A DNA stretch of 64,000 nucleotides. Origin: a candidate division CPR3 bacterium GWF2_35_18. GTDB taxonomy: Bacteria; Patescibacteriota; CPR3; GWF2-35-18. Numbering within the stretch: the stretch's first letter is position 1; each line of letters begins with the position of its first letter. The stretch lies in contig MESW01000005.1 in the NCBI GenBank assembly GCA_001771135.1, positions 17,467 through 81,466 on the forward strand, written 5' to 3'. Position numbers and translations under genes: made by a program. Positions 1 to 8,718 of this stretch are shown here, piece after piece. Below the pieces are notes generated by a model. That model made no database searches and was not told the origin of the DNA. It saw only the letters and a program-made list of their open reading frames with translations.

Positions 1-771
1 TTGTCCGACAAAAGGAAAAATCAAGGTATCAAAATTAATATTTTCCAAAGGTATCTGCAGCTCCTTAGTAATAAAATCAATCAAGCTATTACGATCTTTG
101 AAGTTACTCTTCATCAAAACATTGTTAATTAGAACTTGGAAATTATTGTTTTTTAGAAATTTAATACTTTTAATTGTTCTTGCAAAAGAACCTTTGATAC
201 CGGTAATTTCTTCGTGGACGTTTTCCTTATCACTGTATAAAGAAAACTGGAAAATCGGTTTCCATTTTTTGAACTTCAAAATCTCTTTTTGAATTATTTG
301 GTTCGTGGCTAGTAGATATCCATTGGTAAGGATTGAAACCGTAATATTCTGCTGACTTTTCTCAATCGTATGCAGTATTTCAAAAAAATGTGGACTTAAA
401 AAAACGTCACCGCCAGAAAAGGTAATATGCTCAATTCCCCAATCTAATAATCTTTGTAGAATAATCCGTGATTGTTCTAAGGAAATTGATTTTTCAAGAG
501 GATTTAAATTCTGATAACAGTGCTTACAATTAAGACTGCATTTTAGGGTTAAAATCCAGGTAACATTTTTCTTGGCGGAAAGAATCAAACCTTCTTCTTT
601 TAAATACTTTACAAATTCTTTTTCTTGATCATCCAAACTGGAAAATGTTTTTTCACCTTTTACTAATGATTGAAAAAATTTAAAACCTTCAGGGCTTATA
701 TCCCATTCCTGTCCGCTAAACGGATCATAAATAATATTATTCCTATACCATAAAGATGGGATATTAATCAT
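1..771 (-). CDS. Radical SAM enzyme with N-terminal RRE/PqqD-like domain (RiPP-maturase-like). It is partial: the 3' end runs off the window start.
   Basis: I hand-translated the minus strand from ATG 771..769 and found no stop down to base 1 (at least 257 aa). It has a CxxxCxxC cluster (CSLNCKHC) about 75 aa from the N-terminus and a glycine-rich FSGGD SAM motif. The N-terminal 75 aa look like a winged-helix RRE (GEKTFSSL...KEFVKYLKEEGLI). The ORF track omits it because no stop falls inside the window. Confidence 0.65.
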   Translation of the reverse strand, partial: MINIPSLWYRNNIIYDPFSGQEWDISPEGFKFFQSLVKGEKTFSSLDDQEKEFVKYLKEEGLILSAKKNVTWILTLKCSLNCKHCYQNLNPLEKSISLEQSRIILQRLLDWGIEHITFSGGDVFLSPHFFEILHTIEKSQQNITVSILTNGYLLATNQIIQKEILKFKKWKPIFQFSLYSDKENVHEEITGIKGSFARTIKSIKFLKNNNFQVLINNVLMKSNFKDRNSLIDFITKELQIPLENINFDTLIFPFVGQ

Positions 772-799
772 ATAAGTTAAAATATATTAGATGAACTAA

Positions 800-835
800 A
801 ATAATCAGCCATTTAATAAAAAAAGGCTGATTATT
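800..835 (-). promoter_or_regulatory. Stem-loop between the peptide sORF and the radical SAM gene: an 11-bp perfect stem with a 14-nt U-rich loop, likely an attenuator or processing site.
   Basis: aataatcagcc (800-810) and ggctgattatt (825-835) are perfect reverse complements. Confidence 0.45.
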
Positions 836-864
836 CATGTAAAAAAGAAACTTACGTATAAAAA

Positions 865-972
865 TTAGTTATTAAAAACAGCTTTATTTGAGCTATTTGA
901 GCAAAGACTCATTTTAGCAATAGAAACTTTTTTTCGTGCTTTAATAGTAAGTTTTCTACTTTGTTTATTCAT
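865..972 (-). CDS. 35-aa sORF, a candidate RiPP precursor peptide (MNKQSRKLTIKARKKVSIAKMSLCSNSSNKAVFNN).
   Basis: Hand translation gives ATG 972..970 and TAA 867..865. A GGAGG Shine-Dalgarno sits 5 nt upstream (plus 976-980 cctcc). The peptide has a basic N-terminal half and a Cys/Ser/Asn-rich C-terminal half. It lies about 95 nt upstream of the rSAM-RRE gene on the same strand. Confidence 0.4.
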   Translation of the reverse strand: MNKQSRKLTIKARKKVSIAKMSLCSNSSNKAVFNN

Positions 973-1000
973 TTTGCCTCCATATATTAATATTTTATAT

Positions 1001-2062
1001 TTATTTTGTTGTTATCTCTCCACACCAATCGGTTTGTATCATTTTTTCAATCTTTTGTCTATTTTTTTCTTCACCTAAAACAACCATTAATTTCGTTAAG
1101 GCAGCTGTTGAGGTCATATCAATTGCTGAAATAATACCTAAATCTCCGCCGACTTTTCCCCCATAATAAATAGAAAAATCTATTGAACCACTAAAAGAAG
1201 CTCGAGCAGCTACAATAATCATCCCTTTATCAGTAGCCTTTTTTAATACGTCCACGATATGAGGAGGAAACTCTCCCATAAAATAAGGAACTATTAATAA
1301 GCCACGATAATGATTTTCTACTAGCACTTCAAATAACTTTGGATCAATTTGAGGATATAACTTTAAATAACCAACTTTTTTCTCAATGTTCTTCATTACT
1401 CTCAATTTTTTATCCAAATCTCTTTTAAAACGATGTGGAGAAAGATCTAATCCGAATTGAACTTCACCAAGCGCTTCGAACTCTCCTGAACCAAATATAT
1501 CACTTCCAAAGAGATCAACTACAGAGGTTCTATTTGCTCTAAGCAATTTTTTCCCAAAAAGGATACAGACTTCACTTAGATCCATAGTGGCAGCCTGAAC
1601 CGCGTTGATTAAATTACTTCTTGCCTCAATACTTCCCATCGTATTCTTATAAATATCTTTATGAGTATTGAAGATTACATTCGCTTCTTTTTCATTTGGA
1701 GGAAATCTTGAACCAGTAAAAATAACCGGCTTTCCTAAATTCCTTAGAAGAAATGAGACTGCAGATGCAGTATAAACTATCGTATCTAAACCATGTGTAA
1801 TAACAAAGCCATCACAATCTTTATAGTTTTCGTAGATTGATTCTGCGATCTGCAACCAATGTTTTGAACTAATTTCATAACCGGAAACATTAAATAAGTT
1901 AATTGGATGAATTTCTGCAATCAAGTTAATTTCTGGAATTTCCAACATCCATTCATTAAAATCACAAGAACTTAACATTTTTAAAGTTTTAGGATCTCTT
2001 CTAGCAGCTATTCCTCCTCCTGTTAGAATTAATCCAATTTTCGGTCTTTTATTCATAGACAT
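1001..2062 (-). CDS. L-asparaginase / GatD-like amidohydrolase family protein.
   Basis: The N-terminal motif GLILTGGGIAA (TGGTIAG-like) and the hGTDT motif (VITHGLDTIV) are typical of the asparaginase family. Length is 353 aa. Confidence 0.65.
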   Translation of the reverse strand: MSMNKRPKIGLILTGGGIAARRDPKTLKMLSSCDFNEWMLEIPEINLIAEIHPINLFNVSGYEISSKHWLQIAESIYENYKDCDGFVITHGLDTIVYTASAVSFLLRNLGKPVIFTGSRFPPNEKEANVIFNTHKDIYKNTMGSIEARSNLINAVQAATMDLSEVCILFGKKLLRANRTSVVDLFGSDIFGSGEFEALGEVQFGLDLSPHRFKRDLDKKLRVMKNIEKKVGYLKLYPQIDPKLFEVLVENHYRGLLIVPYFMGEFPPHIVDVLKKATDKGMIIVAARASFSGSIDFSIYYGGKVGGDLGIISAIDMTSTAALTKLMVVLGEEKNRQKIEKMIQTDWCGEITTK

Positions 2063-2094
2063 GTGAATATTTTATCATAAAATAGAACTAATCT

Positions 2095-2415
2095 CTATTT
2101 ATCAACATTCTCGGCTTGCTTTTGATACAAAACTACTGCCTCTTCTAGAACCGTAATCATAAAACCATCGTTATTTTTTTTTAATATTTCAAATTCTTTC
2201 TCTGTATAAAATAGTGGGTTAATAATTAAAACCGATTTATTAAGTTTAAGAATGCTTTTAATCCGTTCGATAAATCGTAATTTTGTTTCTCCGATTACTA
2301 AAATATCCATAGCTGCATGTTTACGAGACCTTCCTCGAGCATAAGAACCGAATAAATAAATTCTTTCTGGATCAAATTCTTTGACAATCTTTGATACGAG
2401 GCTTTTCAATTTCAT
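2095..2415 (-). CDS. Minimal nucleotidyltransferase (MNT/MntA-like antitoxin). I prefer the start at the internal Met; the track's start at 2490 would overlap the HEPN gene by 55 nt.
   Basis: LFGSYARG...DILVIG is a GS-x(n)-D-x-D pol-beta nucleotidyltransferase motif. The protein is about 107 aa from M26. Confidence 0.6.
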   Translation of the reverse strand: MKLKSLVSKIVKEFDPERIYLFGSYARGRSRKHAAMDILVIGETKLRFIERIKSILKLNKSVLIINPLFYTEKEFEILKKNNDGFMITVLEEAVVLYQKQAENVDK

Positions 2416-2435
2416 CCGGATATTTTTGTTTTTAA

Positions 2436-2834
2436 TTAGTAGATCAAGGTCTGAATTCTCTGTAAGATCAACCTCGCTTCGCGTAGGCATTCTTGCGCCT
2501 CCTTGTCATTAATAAATTCATGTGGAGTCATAATTTCCTGAGGGATTGCTAAAGGATAACGTGAAATAAAAGTAATCGCTTCTAAATTGTCATGCTCAAG
2601 ATACACCTTTCTAAATTCTGGATTTGCCTTTTGGCACATTTTATACAAAATAGAAACACGATGAACTCGAGGAATTTTGTTACCGCAAAAAACGAGATAT
2701 GCTTTTAAAGATTTTTCGGCTGTTTGTTGTGCCTGAAAACAAGCCCACTCATAATAACCGTTGCTAAACGATAGATTAGCGGCTTGAAAATCAAAATCAG
2801 CTTGTTTGAGCCAGATAAGCTGTGTCTCAATCAT
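2436..2834 (-). CDS. HEPN domain protein (HepT-like toxin partner of the MNT).
   Basis: AQQTAEKSLKAYL is a HEPN helix, and there is an R-x(n)-H-like motif (PRVHRV). It sits immediately upstream of the MNT gene in the same operon. Confidence 0.6.
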   Translation of the reverse strand: MIETQLIWLKQADFDFQAANLSFSNGYYEWACFQAQQTAEKSLKAYLVFCGNKIPRVHRVSILYKMCQKANPEFRKVYLEHDNLEAITFISRYPLAIPQEIMTPHEFINDKEAQECLREARLILQRIQTLIY

Positions 2835-2836
2835 AG

Positions 2837-3415
2837 TTAACGAAGAGAAAACTTCTCTCGATCTCCAAAAAGCACAATAATATCCTGTTTGAGAAATTTA
2901 GTTAAAAAAGGGGCTTTAGTTTGCTTCATGCTATTAAATTCTTCTTCGGAAAGCAGGGTGTAGTTGATCTCTTTTTTAACCTTTGTCTCATATTTTGAAA
3001 TTATCTCAGAAAGTAATTTTAAAGGAAGACTTCCAATAATTAATAAATCTACTTCTGAATGAGCTCTTTCTCGATTAGAATACCATTCACTAGCAACACC
3101 GATATATTTTACCTTTGATAAATCAACACTCTTTTTACTAAATTCTTCTCCGATTCCAAATTCTTTGATAAGCATTCGAAACATTTCTGGATAGAAAATA
3201 AAATTCTTCTTCAAAAAGTAGTAAACTCTGTTGCCTCTTTTTTCACGTCCCAGAAGCTTAACTTTGTAAAGTCGCGAAAGCTCTCGACGGACTGCATTGA
3301 TCTCTTCGCTAATCTGACGAGTAATATCACGCACATGATACCTCTCAACATTCGACAAGAAAAAAAGTTTTAAAATTTTGACTCGAACTTTGGAGGTAAA
3401 AAAAGTTTCTAACAT
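2837..3415 (-). CDS. Winged-HTH domain fused to a degenerate nucleotidyltransferase-like domain.
   Basis: The N-terminal wHTH signature is VKILKLF...VRDITRQISEEINAVRRELSRLYKVKLLGREKRGNRVYYFL. The C-terminal HSEVDLLIIGSL segment resembles an NTase core. It ends 2 nt before the HEPN gene. Confidence 0.45.
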   Translation of the reverse strand: MLETFFTSKVRVKILKLFFLSNVERYHVRDITRQISEEINAVRRELSRLYKVKLLGREKRGNRVYYFLKKNFIFYPEMFRMLIKEFGIGEEFSKKSVDLSKVKYIGVASEWYSNRERAHSEVDLLIIGSLPLKLLSEIISKYETKVKKEINYTLLSEEEFNSMKQTKAPFLTKFLKQDIIVLFGDREKFSLR

Positions 3416-3547
3416 AGACCCTCCTTTAAATTAAATTTAGAGTGAACTTGTACAGAATGTTTTTTTATATTTAATTTCTAAGTTCACTTGATAAAGATTC
3501 TCAATTAGAGAACCTAACATTCTGTTTTAAATCGTTATATATATAAA

Positions 3548-4897
3548 TTAATACACAATCTCCGAACCAATCGGTAAAACGGAAATCCAAGTACGTCCTC
3601 GGTTAAATTCTATCTCTGTACCAGACTCATCGTAATAAATAGTTCGCGATACTCTCTCTGACTTTTTCCATTTTACTTTAATTACCTCTCCATCTCTAAA
3701 AATATAAGCATCTCCTTCTCCAATCAAATCGTAAATAAGACGTGATTTTGAATCCGTGTCTACGGTAAAACTAGCAGGATTAAGTTGCAAAATAATATTC
3801 TTGGCTGATATCTGATCACCAGTCTCGGCATCTGTATGTTTGACTGTATTCTGTTCTCTAAAATAGAGATTTTGCTCGGCGTCAAAAGTCCATTTAACAC
3901 TATAATCTGTTACTCCCCAAGTCTGCCAATTAAATGAAATCTCATCTATCTCTCCCAAAGTTGCCTGCTCTGAATCTTCTTTAAACTGCCATCTTGTAAG
4001 ATCTACAATTCCTGTCCAACCTTTGTCTTCTGCTTTTTGCCAAAGATCTTTCACCGAAGCATAAGCATTATGAGGAGCAACTTTAGTAGAAACTCTCCAA
4101 AAATTATTAGGAACAAAAAGTCCTAGAGATTTAATGTTATAATTGTAAATATAACCTAAAGCATCGGTATCAGGGTTATCTGTATCTGCATAACCGATAT
4201 GCATCACAAGTCCATCTCGAAGCTCGGCGATAAAATCAAGAAAATATTTTCGCAGTGAACGCACTGGACCCACTTTATCCGGAGCATTCTCAAGATAAAT
4301 CGCTTCAAAACGCGAAATTCCTCCTTCAGCTAAAGCTTCCCAAACAAGATCCGCATCATTAAGTCCAGATTGGGGACGGGCATCAACGTGATTCTCAATA
4401 ATCACTCCCATTGGTCTTCTTTCTACAATTTCATCATACTTTGTTTTGGTAATCAGAGTTCCGGTTAATGGGGATTCATGATCTTTTGATTCGTTTTTAT
4501 CTGTCGCGCTTTTAGTTGCTTCTGACTGATTTACAACCGGATTATCATTTTCCCACTTCCCCAGACCTAGAGCCTTAAATAAAAAGATACTTCCAAAGAT
4601 AAATATCCCCAAAAGAACCACCAATAAAACAGAATAAATAATCTTCTGAGTTTTATTTAAAGAACGAAACCATGTAACAATTTTTGATGGCTTCTTTCTA
4701 GTATCCGAAATTCCTGTCTCTTCTTTAATTTCTTTTCCTTCCACATCAAGTTTGATAATCTTTTCTTCACCTGTTTTTTTTGATGTTGATAAGTCTTTAT
4801 TCAATTCTGGAGAGATGGATTCAGTATCAATAACCTCTTTTTTTATTTCAGAAGTTTTTTCAGCTTTTAAATCACCTTTTTTATTTTTTTGGGGCAT
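3548..4897 (-). CDS. Membrane-anchored protein resembling the DUF3048 (YerB-like) family.
   Basis: It has a single TM after a charged N-terminal tail. The motif RPMGVIIENHVDARPQSGLNDADLVWEALAEGGISRFEAIY resembles the DUF3048 core. Confidence 0.45.
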   Translation of the reverse strand: MPQKNKKGDLKAEKTSEIKKEVIDTESISPELNKDLSTSKKTGEEKIIKLDVEGKEIKEETGISDTRKKPSKIVTWFRSLNKTQKIIYSVLLVVLLGIFIFGSIFLFKALGLGKWENDNPVVNQSEATKSATDKNESKDHESPLTGTLITKTKYDEIVERRPMGVIIENHVDARPQSGLNDADLVWEALAEGGISRFEAIYLENAPDKVGPVRSLRKYFLDFIAELRDGLVMHIGYADTDNPDTDALGYIYNYNIKSLGLFVPNNFWRVSTKVAPHNAYASVKDLWQKAEDKGWTGIVDLTRWQFKEDSEQATLGEIDEISFNWQTWGVTDYSVKWTFDAEQNLYFREQNTVKHTDAETGDQISAKNIILQLNPASFTVDTDSKSRLIYDLIGEGDAYIFRDGEVIKVKWKKSERVSRTIYYDESGTEIEFNRGRTWISVLPIGSEIVY

Positions 4898-4917
4898 ACT
4901 GTAATCCTCCTAAAAAA

Positions 4918-5376
4918 TTATTTCTTTGAAATTTTTGCTTGGGATAGCACTTCCTGCTCTTCCTTTGATAATTTATGATTTACAATTTCTCCCTTCCGAA
5001 TCAGCTTTGCATACACGCGAGTATTTTCACGCCCATGCAAAGAACTTATGACAACTCCATTATCTCCTTCATCTAGAAGTGCCCAAACAAAACTTTGATC
5101 TCCACCAGTATCTCCAAAAGGGTTAAATCTTAAAAAGGCTGTCTTTTGAAAAAAAGATGCCTTTTCTTTTTTCAGGTAATCTGTTTCATGCTCTAACTTT
5201 GAAACTTTATTATTCAAACTTTCCGATTGAACAAAAAACTTCTGCAAAGCCTCTTGCAAAGTTTTTCCAGAACTTCCCTTAAAAATTTTTTTAGATGAAA
5301 GGTAAATATATAGGATAAAAAGCGTTAGAAATATATTCCAAAAGAAAATTATGATCAAAAAAGTATTATTCATCAA
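4918..5376 (-). CDS. Small membrane protein, DUF4446-like.
   Basis: It has an N-terminal TM. FNPFGDTGGDQSFVWALLDEGDNGVVISSLHGRENTRVYAK resembles the DUF4446 signature. Confidence 0.35.
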   Translation of the reverse strand: MMNNTFLIIIFFWNIFLTLFILYIYLSSKKIFKGSSGKTLQEALQKFFVQSESLNNKVSKLEHETDYLKKEKASFFQKTAFLRFNPFGDTGGDQSFVWALLDEGDNGVVISSLHGRENTRVYAKLIRKGEIVNHKLSKEEQEVLSQAKISKK

Positions 5377-5772
5377 AGATATTGTAGCAAAAAATCTTAA
5401 TTTGAGGAAATTTTGTCTACATTATACAGTAAGACTATTTCAGATTGCAAAAATTATTATTATTACATTTGTCTTAAGCGGACAGAACGATCTAAACTTC
5501 TTTCAAAAAAATGAATAAAAATATATATTAATCTCAAATTAAATAGACATTTATTAGATATAAACAAATAATTCTCATGTAACTATAGGTTCCTAAGAAC
5601 ATAAAATCCAAATCTATTTAATTTTAGGCTTTTGAAGAGTCTCCATTTCTCATAACTGTGTCATGTCAAGTATAACCTAAAGACTTTTATTTATGTATCC
5701 TCTACCCTTTATTTAGGAATATTTTGACGTCATAATTTACAATTTTGAAGAATTCTGTTATATAATATACCC

Positions 5773-6081
5773 ATGAGTAAAAAGAAAAGGAAAAATATTG
5801 ATAGTGTTGCTCTAAGACGTGAAATTGAAGCTCTAAAAGCTCAACTTAAAGAGCATGGAGTCGAACCAACTCCTATAAAAAGTGAAGCGAAAGAAACTTC
5901 CAGCTTTGATTATCGAAAAATCAGTAAAACTTCTACCCGAGCTCAAATTCGCGAACAACCAATTGATCTTCAAAAACTTGGCAAAGCAAGTTACCTTAAA
6001 AAGGATATTCTCAGAACTACGTTAATCTCTGTTTTTATTATCTCCAGCGTGATCATAATAAAAATTCTCAAACTTTTCTAA
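5773..6081 (+). CDS. Hypothetical tail-anchored protein with a basic coiled-coil N-terminus and a C-terminal TM. It may be leaderless.
   Basis: This is one of only two plus-strand ORFs. A TATAAT box at 5761-5766 lies 6 nt before the ATG and there is no SD. Confidence 0.3.
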   Translation: MSKKKRKNIDSVALRREIEALKAQLKEHGVEPTPIKSEAKETSSFDYRKISKTSTRAQIREQPIDLQKLGKASYLKKDILRTTLISVFIISSVIIIKILKLF

Positions 6082-7613
6082 AACTCTATCTTCGGTCGAT
6101 ACTGAAGCGCTTCGGCTACATGACTCAGCTGAATCTCTTCTGACTCGCTTAAATCTGTAATTGTTCGAGCTACTTTGAGGGTTCGATAGTAGCTACGCGC
6201 GGAAAGACGCAACTGGGAAACAGCCTGACGCATCAAATTCAGAACATCATTTGATAATTGGCAAAACTTTTCAATTTCTTTAATTCGCATTTCTGCATTA
6301 GAAAATATCCCAGAATCGGAAAATCTTTTAACCTGTTTATCCCGTGCATTTTGTACTCTTTTTGCTACCGTCTTCGAATCTTCCACTTTTATTCCTTCTT
6401 CAGTATTAGTTAATTTTTCCACCTTGACTGCCGGAACTTCTAGAATCAGATCAATTCTGTCCAGAATTGGACCGGAGATCTTTTTTTGATAACGAGAAAT
6501 AGCTGTAGGTAAACAGGTACATTCCCGAGTTTCATCTCCCAAAAATCCACAAGGGCAAGGATTACTAGCTGCAATCAGCATAAATTTGGCTGGAAAAGCA
6601 ACCGTTCCTTTGGCGCGTGAGACTTGAATAATTCCATCTTCAAGAGGCTGACGCATAGCTTCAAGCACCTGACGCGGAAACTCCGGAAATTCATCCAAAA
6701 ATAACACTCCACGATGAGCTAAAGAAATCTCTCCTGGTTTTGGATTGACACCACCACCCACAAGACCTACATGACTAGTTGTGTGATGTGGAGCACGAAA
6801 AGGTCGTATTTTTACAATTGCCTGCTTTTGTGACAACAAGCCCGAGACTGAATAAACTTTGGTCACTTCTAAAGCCTCTTCAAGAGTCAATCTGGGTAAT
6901 ATCGTCGGAATGGTTCGCGCCAGTAAAGTTTTACCAGCACCAGGAGGTCCAGAAAAAAAGATGTTGTGGCCACCAGCTGCCGCAATCTCAATCGCTCTCT
7001 TTGCCTGTTCCTGCCCTCTAATACGAGACAAATCATAATCACTCATAACGTCATTACTAAAAAGATTTTCTAAATTACCCTGTTGATATGACGGAATTAA
7101 CTTATCTCCTAACAAATGATAATAAAGATCAAGAAGGCAATTAACCGGCACAATTTCAATCCCCGGAATTATCGCCGCCTCAGGACCGTTAACCGCTGGA
7201 ACAAACACTTTTTTAAAACCATGATTTTTAGCAAGCTGCACTTGGGGTAAAACCCCATTGGTGTGACGTAATGATCCATCTAATGATAATTCTCCCAGGA
7301 AAAAAGAATCGGAAAAATCTCCTTTTAATTGCTCTGAAGCAATAAGAAGTCCCACGGCAATTGGAAGATCATAAGCTGGACCTTCCTTCGGCAGATCGGC
7401 AGGAGCAAGATTTACCGTAATTCGAGAAACAGGCATCTTCGCTCCAGAATTTTTAATCGCCGAACGCACCCGTTCTTTTGATTCTTCAACGGCTTTATCA
7501 GGCAGTCCGACAATATTAAATTTTGGAAGGTTTCCGCGAGAAACGTCGACTTCAACATCTACAGAAATGGATTCTAAACCGAAAGTCGCTCCGGAAGAGA
7601 TTTTTGATAACAT
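6078..7613 (-). CDS. comM: YifB/ComM family Mg-chelatase-like AAA+ ATPase.
   Basis: An N-terminal Lon-like domain is followed by Walker A (GPPGAGKT) and a C-terminal ChlI-like region. Length is 511 aa. Confidence 0.9.
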   Translation of the reverse strand: MLSKISSGATFGLESISVDVEVDVSRGNLPKFNIVGLPDKAVEESKERVRSAIKNSGAKMPVSRITVNLAPADLPKEGPAYDLPIAVGLLIASEQLKGDFSDSFFLGELSLDGSLRHTNGVLPQVQLAKNHGFKKVFVPAVNGPEAAIIPGIEIVPVNCLLDLYYHLLGDKLIPSYQQGNLENLFSNDVMSDYDLSRIRGQEQAKRAIEIAAAGGHNIFFSGPPGAGKTLLARTIPTILPRLTLEEALEVTKVYSVSGLLSQKQAIVKIRPFRAPHHTTSHVGLVGGGVNPKPGEISLAHRGVLFLDEFPEFPRQVLEAMRQPLEDGIIQVSRAKGTVAFPAKFMLIAASNPCPCGFLGDETRECTCLPTAISRYQKKISGPILDRIDLILEVPAVKVEKLTNTEEGIKVEDSKTVAKRVQNARDKQVKRFSDSGIFSNAEMRIKEIEKFCQLSNDVLNLMRQAVSQLRLSARSYYRTLKVARTITDLSESEEIQLSHVAEALQYRPKIEF

Positions 7614-7702
7614 GGTACAACGAGGTTAAATTACAAAACCTATTATACCTAAAATATGTTCGATTGAAAAGGATTCAAGAAATAAAAATGAATTTCTAAT
7701 GA

Positions 7703-8149
7703 TTAGCTTTTGTGTTCACGATGAGCATGTGCTCCAGTTTCGGTTGGATTAACCTCTTGTGGTTTAGCACTTCTGTCAAAGATGGTTCCGGCGGCGGAAA
7801 TCACCGCTTCTTGTTTTTCAGATTCTACGGAAACACCAAATGGAGAAGATTGCGTAACCACAACTTTTTCCTGCATTCCAGATACAGTAGTTGTTTCAAC
7901 AACTTGACTTGAAGCTTCAGAAACGGTCACACCCCATTCGCCTTCAGAATTAAGTTCTGTGGTGTAGCTTTCTACCTGTCTACCTCCAGATTCAGCTTCT
8001 GCCATTAATTGATCAATTTCCATTTGAAAAGAAGTTCTTTGATCTCCAGCCAAAGATTCTGGATTCCAAGGACTACCATCTGTAACTCCAAGATAAGTTT
8101 CTCCTTGTCCTGGTACTCCTGATTTTTCAAAATTTCCTCTTTGAGTCAT
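7703..8149 (-). CDS. Hypothetical acidic protein, low-complexity and predicted disordered (G/S/T/E/Q/V-rich), in a locally GC-elevated segment.
   Basis: A GGGAGG SD lies 9 nt upstream of the ATG. It has no TM or signal peptide. Composition differs from the neighbouring genes. Confidence 0.4.
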   Translation of the reverse strand: MTQRGNFEKSGVPGQGETYLGVTDGSPWNPESLAGDQRTSFQMEIDQLMAEAESGGRQVESYTTELNSEGEWGVTVSEASSQVVETTTVSGMQEKVVVTQSSPFGVSVESEKQEAVISAAGTIFDRSAKPQEVNPTETGAHAHREHKS

Positions 8150-8162
8150 ATATATAGCCTCC

Positions 8163-8456
8163 CTATGCTTTTATTCTCTCATCATTGGTGACGATTCCGC
8201 CACCCCAACTCATAAATTTACGTAGTTTATCATCTCTTAATTGTCCTGATCTTTCAAAACGCGCCTCATATTCCTTTTTGGCTGGAGTATATTCAGAAAC
8301 AAAACGGTATCTTTTCCAACAGGTTTGACACTCTCTTTTATTTGCAAAACCATATGCAAAACAACTGTCATCCTCAATTTGTTTGAAGTGACAGCTGGTT
8401 TTTATTTTGAAACTTATCTCTATTGATTTATTTTTCTCTTCTTTCTCTTTCATCAC
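8163..8456 (-). CDS. Hypothetical small protein with four Cys in a zinc-ribbon-like arrangement (C-x9-C-x10-C-x2-C).
   Basis: An AAGGAG SD sits in the loop of a 5-bp hairpin (CAGGG/CCCTG) just upstream. It is co-oriented with the 7703..8149 gene and 13 nt upstream of it. Confidence 0.45.
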   Translation of the reverse strand: MMKEKEEKNKSIEISFKIKTSCHFKQIEDDSCFAYGFANKRECQTCWKRYRFVSEYTPAKKEYEARFERSGQLRDDKLRKFMSWGGGIVTNDERIKA

Positions 8457-8718
8457 AGGGACTCCTTTTTTAACCCTGACCTCATCTTAATTCCTTATTA
8501 AGTCTACTAGTTTCCTATCTATCAACCTAAATCAACTTAACGGCGCAGTATAACATATTAAAGCACATGATGCAACATTGAATTATTATCCTATAGTTGA
8601 ATAATATTTATACTGATTTAACTTCACACTATACTTATTATTAACCGAAACACCAACACAGAAAATCCTTTACTATCTTTCATAATAAATTCGTTTGGAG
8701 TATAATATATCTCTCTTT

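Noticed and set aside
98-292. A 64-aa plus-strand ORF.
   Set aside because: It is antisense to the open radical SAM reading frame. It is spurious.
2416-2490. The 5' extension of the MNT ORF overlapping HEPN by 55 nt.
   Set aside because: An internal Met gives a typical roughly 107-aa MNT without a large overlap. The longer form is unlikely.
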